Positions 10,601-25,600 of a stretch of 64,000 nucleotides of DNA are shown piece after piece. Numbering within the stretch: the stretch's first letter is position 1; each line of letters opens with the position of its first letter. The notes under the pieces are model-generated. The model saw only the letters and a list, made by a program, of their open reading frames with translations. It was not told where the DNA came from and ran no database searches. The DNA is taken from positions 25,902,795 to 25,966,794 of the forward strand of contig NC_092670.1 of NCBI RefSeq assembly GCF_964355755.1, written 5' to 3'. The position numbers were made by a program, and so were the translations under genes. The DNA comes from Antedon mediterranea. Taxonomy: Eukaryota > Animalia > Echinodermata.

Positions 10601-13600
10601 CTTATCCTGTGGCGGTTTCATGTTCACAATTGATGCAGTTTTTATACAGTATCTGTGCAAACTCCTGGTATTATAAATATTTATTTGACTTATGATCCCA
10701 TAACAAAAAGTCTTAGTAGATATAGCTCTATATCTATTAGCCTTAAAAGTTATCCCCTTAATAGATATAGCTCTATTACCTATTAAGCACCTACTAATAA
10801 GTAGATTTCAGGTAGATTTTAGATAGTTCCTAATAGATTTTACCTCATTAGCATAATTCAAAACCCCCACTAATAGTATTAAAAATATTTTTCACTACTT
10901 TTAATCATTGATTAACGCAGTTGTATACATCTATCTATTGTCTACTTATAATAGCTATACAAAGGGCTACCAGCAACCTATTAATAGACATAAACAAACT
11001 GATAATAGCCAGTAATTGTTAATAAACTATCTATTTTATACAATAGATAGATATGGACTACCAGATAACTATGAGTATCATATCTATCAACTGTCTACTT
11101 ATTATTGCTACCAATGACCTATCAATAGACTATAACAAACTCACTGATAATAGCCAGTTAAATATTAATCAACTATCTGTTTTATAAAGCTGGGAAGTAG
11201 TCATTCCATTGTTGACTTATTGAGTTAAAATCCTTAGTAGGCGAGTTAAAAAGGTCTACTAAAAAACTATCAGGGCTACTAAAAATAAAGCTATTTCTAC
11301 TTAAGTCTACTTAAATCTACTAATTTTTTTGCTATGGGATATTGTAGTTTTATTATAGGCTACAGAAGCATTTCTACACTTGCCCATTTGACAATTAGAA
11401 TTAACTATTTGCAATAGAATTTTATATGAGCTTTGATTATGAGCTGTTTTGTAACATTTTTAGTTTTTTACATTTTAATTAAAATGAATTGGTAATTGAT
11501 AAAGTAGTTAACAGCTGTCTCTATTAGCTTCTGTGAAAATTCAACACGCACATATGTTAAAATAAAATTCAAAATTGTTTACAACTACCATAGTGTGTTA
11601 ACATTGTAATATATTGGCAAATTGCCAACATTTTTACGATGTCACCACAATATTTGTTTGCGTCTTATAGTTATACTGACGTTGGATTATGATGATGTTT
11701 AGTCACCTTAGAGTTCCTATACAGTTGTCAGAACTATTAGCCGATGTATATTAATTATTGTATACAGCCCACTTAGGTCCTAGGACCAGTTTTATAGACT
11801 TATAGATAGTCTTATAGCTCAGCTCTTTCTCAGCTCAGTGATATACTGGGAATTAATTCTTTATTTTTATAAATGTTGAAGGCGAAGTACATGTAAAGCA
11901 GTTTTATTGACAATTTGTTTTCAATTCTCCAAGGTATTGGTAGTCGCACTCTTCGTCCGTTACTTGGAATTGTCGACCCTGTTCATTGCAAGTACATGCC
12001 AAACAGGATAGCTGCCTACAGTGGATTCGATGTATTGTGGTAAGTTAAAATTTGTATTTTCAAAATCGATTGGATAGTGATTCTTTTTTTTTTCGGAACC
12101 GGGACTAGTGGGGTTCCGCCGAGAGTGTTAAGTAATCGCTATATAATCGAGTTTTAACAATACCATGTAAGCCCCAGTGGTCTACTTGTTAGGACATCTG
12201 TATATCAAGCAGAAGTTTCCAAGTTTGAATCTCGGTTAGGGCGACTTTTTCTCATTCTCACAGATTTTTAATTTATTTATATTTATAAAAATATTAGTCA
12301 ATGATTTAAGTAATATTATTTTAAAGTTATTTATAGTGCATTTATTATTAAAATTGGTTGTACTGCCATATATGGATGTAAGCCCCAAAGAACATTATGC
12401 GAAGGGAAAACAAAAAGAAACACATGTTTTCGCGCTCGACTTCAGTATTGGCCATTCAACAGCACTGTTTGGCATCATTGCTGCCAGTTGGTCAGCTCCG
12501 ATTTATATTCAACTAACAGTAGTACCAGTTTTTGACAAATAAAAGAAAACTTGTCAAAGGTGTGTAAAATTATATGCAAGAGTTGCAATTGAAATCTCAT
12601 TGTCTATGTTTTAACCAAAATAATAATAATAATATTTTACACTATTTTAAATACACACAAGTTTTAGGTACCGCCCATAATCGGAATAACGAAAAGTAAA
12701 GGATTATATAACAGCAAATTTAGAAATCGAAGAGGCTGCTTTTCGAGAGAGCACATAGATTGCACAGCAAAATTAACCCACGACCCATCATAGTAAAACT
12801 CACTAACCCTAACCATAGAGACATTATGCCCCAACTGACACTGTTGTAATAGCTTTTTTGTATAGACCACCAAGTACATCCTATTATGCGACAACTGACT
12901 TTTTTGCCATTTTATCTAACAAGCATTATAGCTCTCAAATATCTGACATAGTATATTTGGTTGGCGACTTTAATGGTATAACTGGTTTGGAGGATGATTA
13001 CATATCCACTGATGAAAATGACATGTGGAATAATAATGGATATGTCGAAGACTGCAACCTGAATGAAAGTAAAACGAAATCTGATTGTATACTAAATAGC
13101 TACGGTAAAGATATATTAGAATTTTGAAAAGAAATGAGTATGCGGATCACAAAATGGTAGAAGAGTCATCTAGTGGTTTTACATTTATTAGTTTATAAGG
13201 AAAGTCTCTGTGACTACCTTCTTACTAATTCACAACAACTTTAAATTCATATCTTCTTTGAATTGATAAGCGTGTTGAATCTCATCATATGCCAATTGCC
13301 TTTAGTAATAAAGAACAATGAAGATGATGCGTTTACCCAGAGTACGTTTAAATGGTCCAACAGTTACATTAATGCATCCCGAGTCCGATGGGAACATGAT
13401 GTTATTGAAATTATTGATAATGATTTTATGAATGCTATCTCTCAAAACAAAATTGATGAGGCAGTTTCACATTTATGTAAAATGTTTAAATGTGTATGTA
13501 ATGGAATCAAATATACACAAACAGGTAAATTTTCAATTGATACCAAACGAAACGATGGTTTGATGAAGGTTGTAAGGACCTTAAAATGCAGGTTAAACGA

Positions 13601-16600
13601 TTTTTAAAGAAATACAGACTTAAAACAAAAAATATAACTTTCATATAATATAGATATAGAATTGATCGGAGAATAGCAGAAAACAGACAGGAATAGAAGA
13701 AAGCAAAGCAGCCGAGATGGCAAAGTCATCGGACTATCTGGCAATAAACAAAAAACAAACAAAATAATATGCAGACAAATTAGATGCACTAAAATAGGAA
13801 TTATTCTGTGAAGTTTTTATTAATCAATGTTTTTATCATTTTAAGAATGTTTTAACAACGATGAGTGTAGTGCTTGCGTTGAATTGCCAAATATCACAGA
13901 ATAACAACAATGATATTTTAAACCATGATATAACATTAGATGAAATAAAAAAGACCTTTAATTCTCAAAATAAGGAAAAGGCTCCTGGCGTTGATGGAAT
14001 GAATTTTGAATTCTTGCTAAACACCCCCAACATTAAAAATCCTTTTAAACGCAACAAGTGTAATTGTTCCAATTTTTAAAAATAAAGATAAGAACAAACC
14101 TGAAAAATATTTAGGAAAAATATGTTTACATATACTTAATTCTAGGTTAACACAATTTACAAATGGCAAAAAGTTAATTTATGAGGAACAAGCAGGCTTT
14201 CGAAAGGGGTATAGAGTGGCAAATAATATTAGACCCCATTATCTCTAATAAGTACTTAAATAAAAAAGCGGAGTAGGGTTTTTGTTTGTTTTGTAGATCT
14301 TAAACGTGCCTTTGATTCTATTCACTTTTGCTATATAAATTGAAATATATCGTATGTGGCAGAATGTTAAAAATCATAAATTCCCTATACCAAAACTTAT
14401 CTGCTTACCGTATATTTCGGTGACGCACCCCCTAACTGAGAGTAAAATATCGGTATTTTTTTATATCGTCGATGTATAAGACGCACTTTATATTTCATCA
14501 AAACAATGTTTTTTTGAATTGTAATCAATATATTGCAATAATATATTGTGTTATATCTATAACGGCGTCCTTTATTTAGGTTTTTTCTTACCTAGGCTCG
14601 GCCGCGCCCAGCCTCAACAAGTTCTTTCTAACTTGCTATTCATGAGTTTCGACTTTCGAACCCGCAACATCGAGTGCATGACTGTGTGTCCGAGAATTGT
14701 GTACGCTAGGTCCATCAACTGGAGAATATACTAGTCGAATACCGTATGCCATGTGGCCGCCAAGAAGGGCTTGCGCTGGGGGTACAGCGGTCGGCGATCG
14801 TGCGTATAACTATAAATAAATACTATTCCAATCGTAAACGTTTACAAATGAAATACTCGGGCCTAGCCAACGAGGTGACGATATGTACAATCTGTGTGGT
14901 GAGGCATTTATGTTCGGTGTATAAGACGCACCCTAAATTTAGAGGTCAAATTTGCGTGTCAAAAGTTCGAATTATACACCGAAATATACGGTATGTTAAA
15001 AATGGCAACAAACTATAAGTCCCTATTTTAATTGTTCGATTGGAGTGCAACAAGGTTCTCCGTTGTCGTCTTCACTTTTTAATATTTATACTATTATGAT
15101 TTACGTTGCACACTTAATCGGGTATTTGTTCTAGCCAAATCACTAATTTTAAGCACACTTTTAAGTCCATTCATAAACCGATTAACTGAAACAACAAAAT
15201 ATCTCTCAGTAATAAGACAATAGCAAACAATAATAGTAAAGTTATACAAACTAAATAATGATAATGCCTCATAATTCAGGCTAGGTATTAACTAAATACA
15301 CTTTAAATAAACAGGTAAGTATACATAGGCTATAGCAAATTAAGGTGTTGCCCAAATGGCTCAACAACCATAACAAACATAAATACAGTATAAATCCATC
15401 AATAAAGGTAATAAACTTAAAACTCACCAAAGATTGTGCTAACCACTTTGTACAAGAACATATAGGCCTATATTGCCATTTTATAGTTGAACATACAGTA
15501 GCTAATACTATTCTTTTTGTGAGGATATTAAATATTAAAATCATCTTCTTTACCCAGATGACTTAGGGTGAACCTAGACTAGATAGGTTCCATTTCCCCT
15601 GAAATATGATGCAAGCGGCATTTTTGGGTAGAAGCTGGAATCAACTTGATTTAGGATATTTCGACCTCACTGATTATGAATATGATGGATCCCAAGCGAA
15701 ATTCAACCATTTAAGCCCTTAATTTGCATAACTAAAAGTGGCGGCCATTAACCCATATCTTGGAATAATATATTATTATTGTTTTGTTTTTTTTGGCAAA
15801 AGTGACTTTATAAAAGCTACAAAATGGTCTATTTTCTTTTTTCATGTTCATGACAATATAACTTTAATAATGAAAACTTTTCTGCACTTAGTATTATATT
15901 TTGAATATATTTATGTACGTCTTTCATCATGACATCATAATTGCGTTCAGAAAATTGAGAATTTATTAAATTGGGGTTCGTAATTGAAGTTTTTACTGTA
16001 ATCATAAGATTGGGGGTGAAAGGGGACTATCAATCAGATATTGAGGAGGGTGCCACCCAAGGTAAAGCAATAGTCAAGGTCAAATTTAAATATTGCTCTT
16101 TTCCTCATTAGGAGGGTTACCAGAAATAAATCACAGTGGGTAGTAGCCAAATTAAATACAAATCTGCTAAAATTGTTAAAGGGTGAAGTTACGTCTTGAT
16201 GTATGATTACTCAGAAACTTTGATTTTAGTCTGGTTATTTTAAATGATTTAATAATAAATAATAGTAAAGGCTATTACTCATTTTTATTTTAATATAGTC
16301 ATGCATTGGAATCCTACACAGCCATTCCTTACCAAGAGCGTACACCAAGACCAGTGGATCCCATACAAAGACCAGCTTACCAAGGTAGCAATCCCATCAG
16401 TGACATATGGTCTCTTCATGCTTTAAGGATCATTAACAAGTATTTCAGACGGTACAGTAGATAGATATTTTGTAAAACTTCTGAGTTATCAAAATAAGGT
16501 GTGTCAACATCTCTACAGTATGTATATATATTTACGTAAGGGCAAAATTTGGTAAATCTTTCAGATTCTTTACTCAATATTACAGAAAGTTGGTACATAC

Positions 16601-19600
16601 TTTCAGCACTAATTTTAACTACCTAATGTAATCCGTGTTTACTAATTAAGATTTAGTTAAACAAATTTAGTTTAAACAATTTTCACCAAACAAGGAGATT
16701 TTTCCAAACATGGTACACACTGTCTTATGGTTGTCATACCCGCACGGTTAAACAGCTCGACTAATACATCATAATGTTGACCAACAAACAAAAGTTATAA
16801 AAAAAAGGTTTTAATAACTAGAAATTACGTTTATACCAATTTATTGTTTGGCAGCAATGGAACATTCCAATCTCTTTTCCAAGAGATTTCAAAATTATCT
16901 GTGTAATAAATCAGTGAATAAGTAAGTATACCTGAGCTCTTGATTATTTACAAAGCAATGTGAATCATGATATCAATATTAGTCTGGGATCCCAGAAGGT
17001 TTTAATTAGCGATTTGAGTACAAAAGGTTTGAGGTGTGGAGTATGTAGATATGGTCTATGGGACCCTGTAATGGCAATTCTTAAGTGATGGGTCCTGTTC
17101 AATTGTAGGGGGAGCCACCCAAATTACACATAAAATTGGATGTAATTAGCATATTGAGTATATCCTGTGCTAAATTAATTAATTAGTCCCATTTCCTACG
17201 TTTGTTAGATCTAATTTAAGGTCACAAACTACATTTAATGTAAAAATAAATACTATATGGTTCTATTGCAATAACATATGGTTCTATTGCAATAACATAT
17301 GGTTCTATTGCAATAACATTTTTCGTCTTTAAATGGTTAAAAATGTGAGAAAAAAAATCAATTCTAATAATTTAAGTGGACCGCTATAAATCCCAACATG
17401 CATTGTGCGCGGATTGATATTTTAGTTTTTCGTAGTACGATTTATATATAATTTACACAGTGCTAAACACAATTGATTTACGTATACACAATATTATTTT
17501 AAAAAACAGTGCTTATAAAATTGGAAGAATAGTTAGGCCTCCACTGATTGTGAGGTGTTTGTTGTATGAGAGAATGTATCTGGTCGGTGAAAATCTGTGA
17601 TAATACCATTATGGCTCTGTGGTCTAGCGGTATGATACTCGCCCTGTAAGTGAGAGGTCGCAGTTTCAAATCCGGCCAGAGACATTTTTTCATACAACTA
17701 AAAATATGGAACTTTCGTCGATGAGCTATGTTCGACGCGATTATAAGATCATGTTCCGAATATGAGCACTGTTTCAATAATTTGACAGTATGGTTTATAT
17801 ATATAGATTATATATATTAACTGTGTAATTGTTATTGGTTATCCGCAACAATTTTCTTTGTCCATTTTTAGAGCAGTACAGGACCCTGATGATTTTGAAG
17901 CAAGATCTAATATGCATTTAGCAAGTGCATTTGCTGGAATTGGCTTTGGAAATGCTGGAGTACATCTATGGTATATTGCATATAGATTATTTAAATATCT
18001 ACATAATGAACTAAGTAAACATTTTAATTCCTATAAATATATTTCTGCAGTAACTGTACCATTTTCTGCAGTAACTGTACCATTTAATGTGTTGATTATT
18101 ATGCAAGTTGTCCAACCAACATTTAAACTAAATTATATTTAAAAATATGTGTTTAAAAACGTCCAAATAAAAAAGGCCGTTCATAAAATAAAGTGAGCCC
18201 TACTCATCATACTGTTAGCGAACTTGCAAATTCTAAGTGCGTCAATGGTTATAAGGTTTTAATGCGATGCGGTTTGTTAGTTATTGCCTTTTTTTTACTC
18301 AAGTGGCAGAATATGTTTTTCAAATTTATTTGGATTTTATATATTTGAACTAGACAAACTTTTATAACTTAAAGATGACGTTTAAACAAAACTTTATAGT
18401 ATGTGTTTTCATAAATAAGTGAATAACCATACATATTTGTGTTTTCATTGATGAGTTTGTAATAGTAACTTCAGTAACTATTACAATACTTATTTGTTAT
18501 ACGAAACAAGACAAGTGTATCTGATATGTACGTACATTTATTCGGAAAAAACAGTCTAGATAGATCCCTTAGGCGTCATAAATCACGGCCCAACAAATCA
18601 GTACTCATGACAGAAATTCGATCCAGTTTTGTTCACAAAAATGTTTCCAGGACCGCAACCGATGATTAGCCCTAAATATTTTGCCAACTGTTTGATAATC
18701 CCTAGCCTAATAAGAGGTAGACTACAGTTTACTTTGTTACTAAATAAGAGCTAGCGTTTCCGATCGCCGAATATCTTACTGTATTTTATTTAGTGTGGTT
18801 CTTATACTGTATAAATACAATCAACTTTATTACTGCAATCTTGAAAGAATTTCATTTGGCTTCGATTTTGTATAGATGACAAATTTCGTTTTTGTAAAAG
18901 CACAAGTTAACGGAGTACTTACTCGAACGTTGTATTGGAAACGTTACGTTGACGATGTATTAGCTATCATCCCCACAGGTACATACATTTAACACACATC
19001 TTAATAACATCGATATAACTGACAACATCAAATTCACCACAGAATCCATGACAAACAACACAATACCTTTCCTGGACATGCTCATCACACTCAATGACAA
19101 CGGAACAGTTACCACCTCAGTCTATCGGAAGCCCACTCACACAGACCAATATTTACATTTCAACTCACATCATCCACTCGAACACAAACTGGGGCTTATA
19201 AACACGCTTGTGGACAGAACTGAGAAGGTAGTGGGAGATAGGGATTTGAGGAAAGTTGAGATGGATAACATCAAGAAAGCGTTACACAACTGCCAGTATC
19301 CAGAGTGGTCCTTCCAGAGAGTTATGGAAAACCGAAAAAGAAAAAAGAACAAAGGACACGAACCACAGAAGGAAAAGATCAAGATGAAAGGTAGCATAGG
19401 AATCCCCTATGTAAAAGGAATGGCAGAAAGAATAAGACGCACTCTCTCCTATCACAATGTCGGAACCTATTTCCTACCCCAAAATAAAATCAAGAATAGC
19501 CTCGTCCACCCAAAAGATAAAATCGAAAAGATGGATACATGTGGAGTAATCTACGAAGTCACCTGCCGCAACTGTCCACAAGTTTACATTGGGGAAACAG

Positions 19601-22600
19601 GGAGGGCATTACAAACACGAATTAATGATCACAAAAAAGATGTTACAACAAACACGGGGGGAGTAATGACTAGGGCCTCCAGAACATCCACATCATCGAT
19701 CATACACAAATCTGCCATTACAGAACATGTCATAAAACACAATCATGTACCGAACTGGGAGGCTACCATCTTAACCAAAGAGCCTAAACGCAAAGACAGA
19801 CAGATTAGAGAATCATTACATATAAGGAGAAATAAGGAGAAGACCATGAACCGGGACACTGGAGCCCACGAACTCCCGCATTTGTACAATGATTTGATAG
19901 ACACATCACCTGGCCGAGCCACGCACAACCTCCAACCTACAACCGGAGGCGTACGACGTCATCAACAGATGACGTCAAGCATGACCAAGCTGCATTCGAG
20001 TAAGTTCTCTGTTAACTTGTGCTTTTACAAAAACGAAATTTGTCATCTTTATTACTGCAGTTCCATCACCACCAATTGAACAAGATATCTGTCGGGTAGT
20101 AACAACCGGTCAATCAGTCAGTGCTGCCCAATCCCCATAATTAAATTCTCTGGGGGACAACTTACAGGATAAAGTTGATGTCAATGGTATTTTTGTGCAT
20201 CCCAATATGTAACAGTTACAATTCAAAATAACTTAACCGTGTATGATTAAATCTTGTAATATGGCCCAACAGGCATTTTTGGGCTACTGTCTGTGGCAAC
20301 TTACAGGATAGAGTTGCTGTCAATGGTATTTTTGTGCACCCCAATGTGTGACAGTTACAATGCAAAAGGAATTAGCAGTGTGGCTCTTGACATGAATAAC
20401 ACCATTTTTGATTGGTTACTTGGGGCTACTGTCTCAGGCAACTTACAAGATAAAGTTGCTGTCATTGCTGTTTTAACATTGTATACACATACGGGGACGA
20501 TGTTCAACAACTTTTATCTGTGTGGCTTTTCACATGATTAAATTCATTTTTTACTCCTCTTATTTGGTGTCCCCAGAGAAAATTTACAGGATAGAACCCG
20601 GCAGCAATATTGATTATTGAATCTTAGCTATATATCTGCATAATCAGCCTATCAAACCTTTTGTGGCTTTTCACATGAATAAATTCTCTGGGCACCCGGT
20701 CTACACTTGAAATAGCGTCTGCCTCCAACAGAATCTCCTCAAATCCTGTGCTTGCCATTTTCTTTCCAATCATCTTCATAAAGACACACATTAAATGAAA
20801 TGATCGAATTAGAACGATGTATATTTTATTTCCGGCTCCATGTGTCACTTTTTCAGCAAAGCAAAGACATTCCTGAACTGTCTTGTTATCAGTGATTGGA
20901 TGATTGATCACAGGATAATAATCGTCTTTATGTAATTATTGCGTTGTGTAGAGAACCATCTCCAAATAGAATACCATAAAATGTATCAAAATTATCAAAG
21001 ATTGCATCGAAGTATTCCTGACTATTTTAGTTGATATTCGAGGCAACATCTGTGGCTTCTGCAAGAGCATTTTCTAACAAGTTACTAAAATGCAGAGTGA
21101 CCTATGCGATGCATCTTGGTTGAGCTGCTTACTTCGAAATATATGACGTTATGCCATGCACAACACAATGTGTTTCAGCAACTTCCAGCGACCGGTTGTT
21201 ACTACCCGACAGATATCTTGTTCAATTGATTTGGTCAAGCGTTCTGCCTATTCAGTACAGTATGGGGATGTAGAGCCAGAAATAATATATATGTGTACGT
21301 ATTGTTACCTGTGACGATAGTCAGGTGTCACGATAATAATCAGGTTTCGCATGCAAATGAGTCAAGTGGGCGAATAAGAAGGGAGCGTTGTGATACGTAG
21401 GATATTTTGGAAAGCTGTGTTGGGTGTGCTAGACGAGGGAACGAGGGACTCACAAGACGGTACAAGTCGGAGATGGTAGGCTATCCGGAGAAGAGACAGT
21501 GGATATGGGACTGCGGACTGTGGAATAAAGACTTGCAGTGAACTGTGTTCGAAACTGGAAGCGAGGCAGGACGCAATGACAATAAAAAAGGAAACTGTTG
21601 TGATTGGAATGTATGGATGCCTAGGCAAACCACCACGGTATCATTCTTGTTGTTGTAACACTATAGTTGTGTTGTTGGGTAATGCATCGGGAAAGGAAAT
21701 TAAATGGAGCTCGTGCTTCTTGCATAGTACCCTGTGAGTTGTAGGTATTTCGACCTAGGCCAAAAGTGGTCGTAACAGTATGTACATAGCATTGTTTTTC
21801 GGTTGAGAAAACAAATACGATGTCTGCCTATAATATCTTACTACTACCACAAATATTTCAATGAAAATGTTTAATAGACCAATTTGATATTGGCTATATA
21901 TATACTCATCTGCTTATTTTTAAATGTCTTTGGTTAGGATCTAGCCTGGACTACTTAGTGTTTATTTTGTATGAGGCATTATCATTATTTAATTTGTATA
22001 ACTTTACTATAGTATTATTTGCTATTGTCTTATTACAGAACTCATGAGATATTTTGTTGTTTCAGTTAATCGGTTTATGAATAGAAGAGAATAAAGAATC
22101 ACATTAACAATGTGTATAAAATTCAAGTGAATTTGGCCAGAACATTCTACCTTCGTCTTTTCTTCTGCAGCAGCGTGTACTGTATCTTCTCCTGCCTTGT
22201 TGAAAATACTTAGGAATTCATATGTAGTCCCTCAAACATTAGATCTTTTCTTCTGACCAGAACAACCACAACGGTTCTCAGATAACGAAGAATATCTGAA
22301 GATACATTCATCTTGTGCAAATTTTGCAAGTTCTCAACTCACCATTTGAAGAACTTTCCCGTCATTGTGTGGCCGTTTTAAGATGTGCTGTAAGCTTTGT
22401 GTAGCATGCGTGATGATCCTATGCATTGCACTGTTATATTCAAGCAGATATTTTTTAACTTATAAGGAGAATCATCTGGGATGATGTTTCTGTTGTCCCG
22501 AACCTCACACTGTCGTCAGTCGCTTCTCATTTAAAAATGTAAAAGTACCATAATCCTTAAAAGATGCGAAACGGATGATACAATCCATTCGTCTACCTGT

Positions 22601-25600
22601 TTATTGTTTTTTTTTTACTCTTTGGCATGACTATTATGTGCAACAATTACAAACTACACTTTATATACAATATTGCCCTTTTGAAGAAAAAAATGTCTTG
22701 AATAAAACCAGAACAAAACTAGTCCTACTTTTTCAAACGAGGTCACATGTCAATATAATCATCCATGATTGTATATATCGGGGGTTGTAATGCGTCAGAT
22801 AAAACAACCTTGTTTTTATGATTTAGAAATTGTAAATACAATAGAAAATATTATATTTCCAAATGCGATACATAAAAAACCCCAAATCATAATCATAATC
22901 GGCTATTAATAATAACTTTAAATTCTCAATTAAAACTATTTGTCCAAAATAGGGTACACTTTATTTTATGGAAGGCCATTATGATTTTCTATTTTTAAAC
23001 TTATTTCTGTATAGATGTGAAATTATTTTGGGGTTATATTGTAAAATATATATTCTGTTATGGAAGTAAATGTAAAATACTTGAATAATTGCAAAAATTA
23101 TTAATTAGAATGGGTTTTAATAATATATTTGTTTATTTTTGTATTTGTAAATACGGGCACGCTACGGTTGTATTTGAACTAAATAATTTACGAGTGTCGG
23201 AGGATAAAAATTGCGTATAATTTTCTCGTTAAATCCTATATTTTGAAAGACGCAACATCAAGAAATGATCTTTACACTTTATTCTTAACCTAATGTGTAA
23301 GTTTCATAAGGGTACAAGCTTATGCCCAGACAAGGGTGATTTTTCACTTGACTAACCCCCATTCAATTCAATGCCAAATCAGAAAAATATGACTTGATGT
23401 TGTTATTGAAGTAATTCTAATTTTATTATTTACTTTTTCATGTAAAAATGTTATTTGTGCATTACAGTCATGGGATGTCTTACGCCGTGGCAGGACAAGT
23501 TAAAACATTCAAAGCTAAACAATATGATGTAGACCATGCTATTGTAGTAAGTATTATAGTTTTAAATCATGATTCTGTCTGTGGCGTGCTGTATACTTGA
23601 TAAAAACTATAAATGTGCATATTTACTTGTAATGATAAGCTAACAAACCTGATAACTTTCATTTTTGCCCTGATTGAAATTGACATTCTACTGTATTCTA
23701 GTCTATAAAAGTTTTGATATGGCACCCTACAAAGAACAGAGCGCCTAACAATACTAGTAATTAATTAAAAAGAAAAGTTTTAAGTTGATTTTTAAATAGA
23801 GGTACCGCATTCGCTCCTCTCATAATCGACAGGTAGCGCGTTCCAGATCCACGAAGCGGGGACAGAAAAAGCTTTCCGATTAGATCATCCTTAAAATGTT
23901 CATATATTAAATTTAAAATGATATAGTTTGACAGTGCATCATATTTTTTTTGTTAAAGACTACCGTAGTTCTCTCACGTACCATCTAAAAAAAATGGTGT
24001 AGTTTATACAATTGCTGACTTTTTGTTCGTGGCTATTTTCGGCGTGTATGTTTTGTATTTTTGATTTTCATAATTCTTTTTTTATAATAATATTGATTCA
24101 AAATACTAACAGTAAATGTAATTTGCTTGAAAAATATTAACATTTAATTTTGCATCATCCTTATTAGTATCCCATTATCCCAACAACCTAAGAAAATAAC
24201 ACCCCTACCCTGGAATATATACATTACTATACAGTAGTTTAGTTTATGCTTATATTTTTGTTCAGTACAGTAGGACAGACTATATTTACACAAAATGTTT
24301 ACTACTAATTGTTAAAAAAAAAAAGATAAGCAGATAAGTTGTAGATATGAATTCATGCAAAATGTTACCCGTCGGATGTTGTGACAGTTTGAATTTTAAA
24401 AGTCTGATTTTTATCTTGTGCATCATCTTGAAAGAGCGTACATCTATATTCTACATATTTACCTGTTTCCGGAGCTCAGCATTTGCTGGGTCCGGAGTCG
24501 AGGCTAGGCTATGCCTATAAGCCCCTCTTAAAAATTACATCAAATCTTGAATACGGTGCAAATTTTAGAAGGTGGTTGGACCATGCCTGTTCAAGACCTG
24601 ACTTAAATTGATTGGTTGATCTTGAAGATACTATATCCTCCGATAACGAATTCCATAGTATGATAGCTTTTCGACCAAACGATTCCCTCATCCAATTTGT
24701 GTGTGAGAAAAAATTTAAAAATGACCACGTGTTCTGACATCTTCATCAAGTTCAATAAAAGAGTCAGCTGAAATACTATCCACTCCATGTAAAATTTAAA
24801 AAATCTTCTTGGACTTTTTCCAATAGATCTTCCTCCTCACAATGAAGTGAGTTAAAAACAATGTTACATTATTCAGGGTAGGACGAATAATAGCTTTATA
24901 TAAACGAAGAAAACCATCCATATTTAAAAACTTCCAACTTCCGATTTGCTCTCATTGCTACATCTGCCACATGTACATTAAAAACAAGTTTAGAGTCAAT
25001 AGTAACACCAAGGTCTTTTTCATGATCAACTTCATTCAATAAGAAACCACGCATGGCATACAGATGTTTGTTGTTTTTCTTTACACATTACTTTGCACTT
25101 TCCCTCATTAAAAGGTAATTGCCATTTGTCAGACCAGTCACATGCTCTCTCTAAATCTTCTTGTAAAACTTGAGCATCATTCACAAAGTTAACTACTCTA
25201 TACAATTTAGTATCATCTGCAAACATGCGTACAGAGGAAGAAATAACAGAAGGTAAATCATTAATAAACATAATGAAAAGAACAGGTCCAGGATACCACT
25301 ACGAACATCAGCCCAATTGCTCATAACAAATAAGTGAGTAATGTTCAAGAAAGTCCAATAATTTCTTTCTGATAATTCTCTCCATAATTTTACCAACTAC
25401 CGAAGTTAAACTCACAGGTCTATAGTTGCTTGGGTCAGACTTCACTCTTTACTCCTTTTTAAAAAATCGGTACCACTGTAGCCCGTTTCCAACTATTAGG
25501 GACGGCTCCTTCTTGAAACAATTTCGTAAAAATAATATATAGGGGATAGCAAATGATATCCTTTAGTTCGACTAAGATGCGTGGGTGAATACCATCAGGT

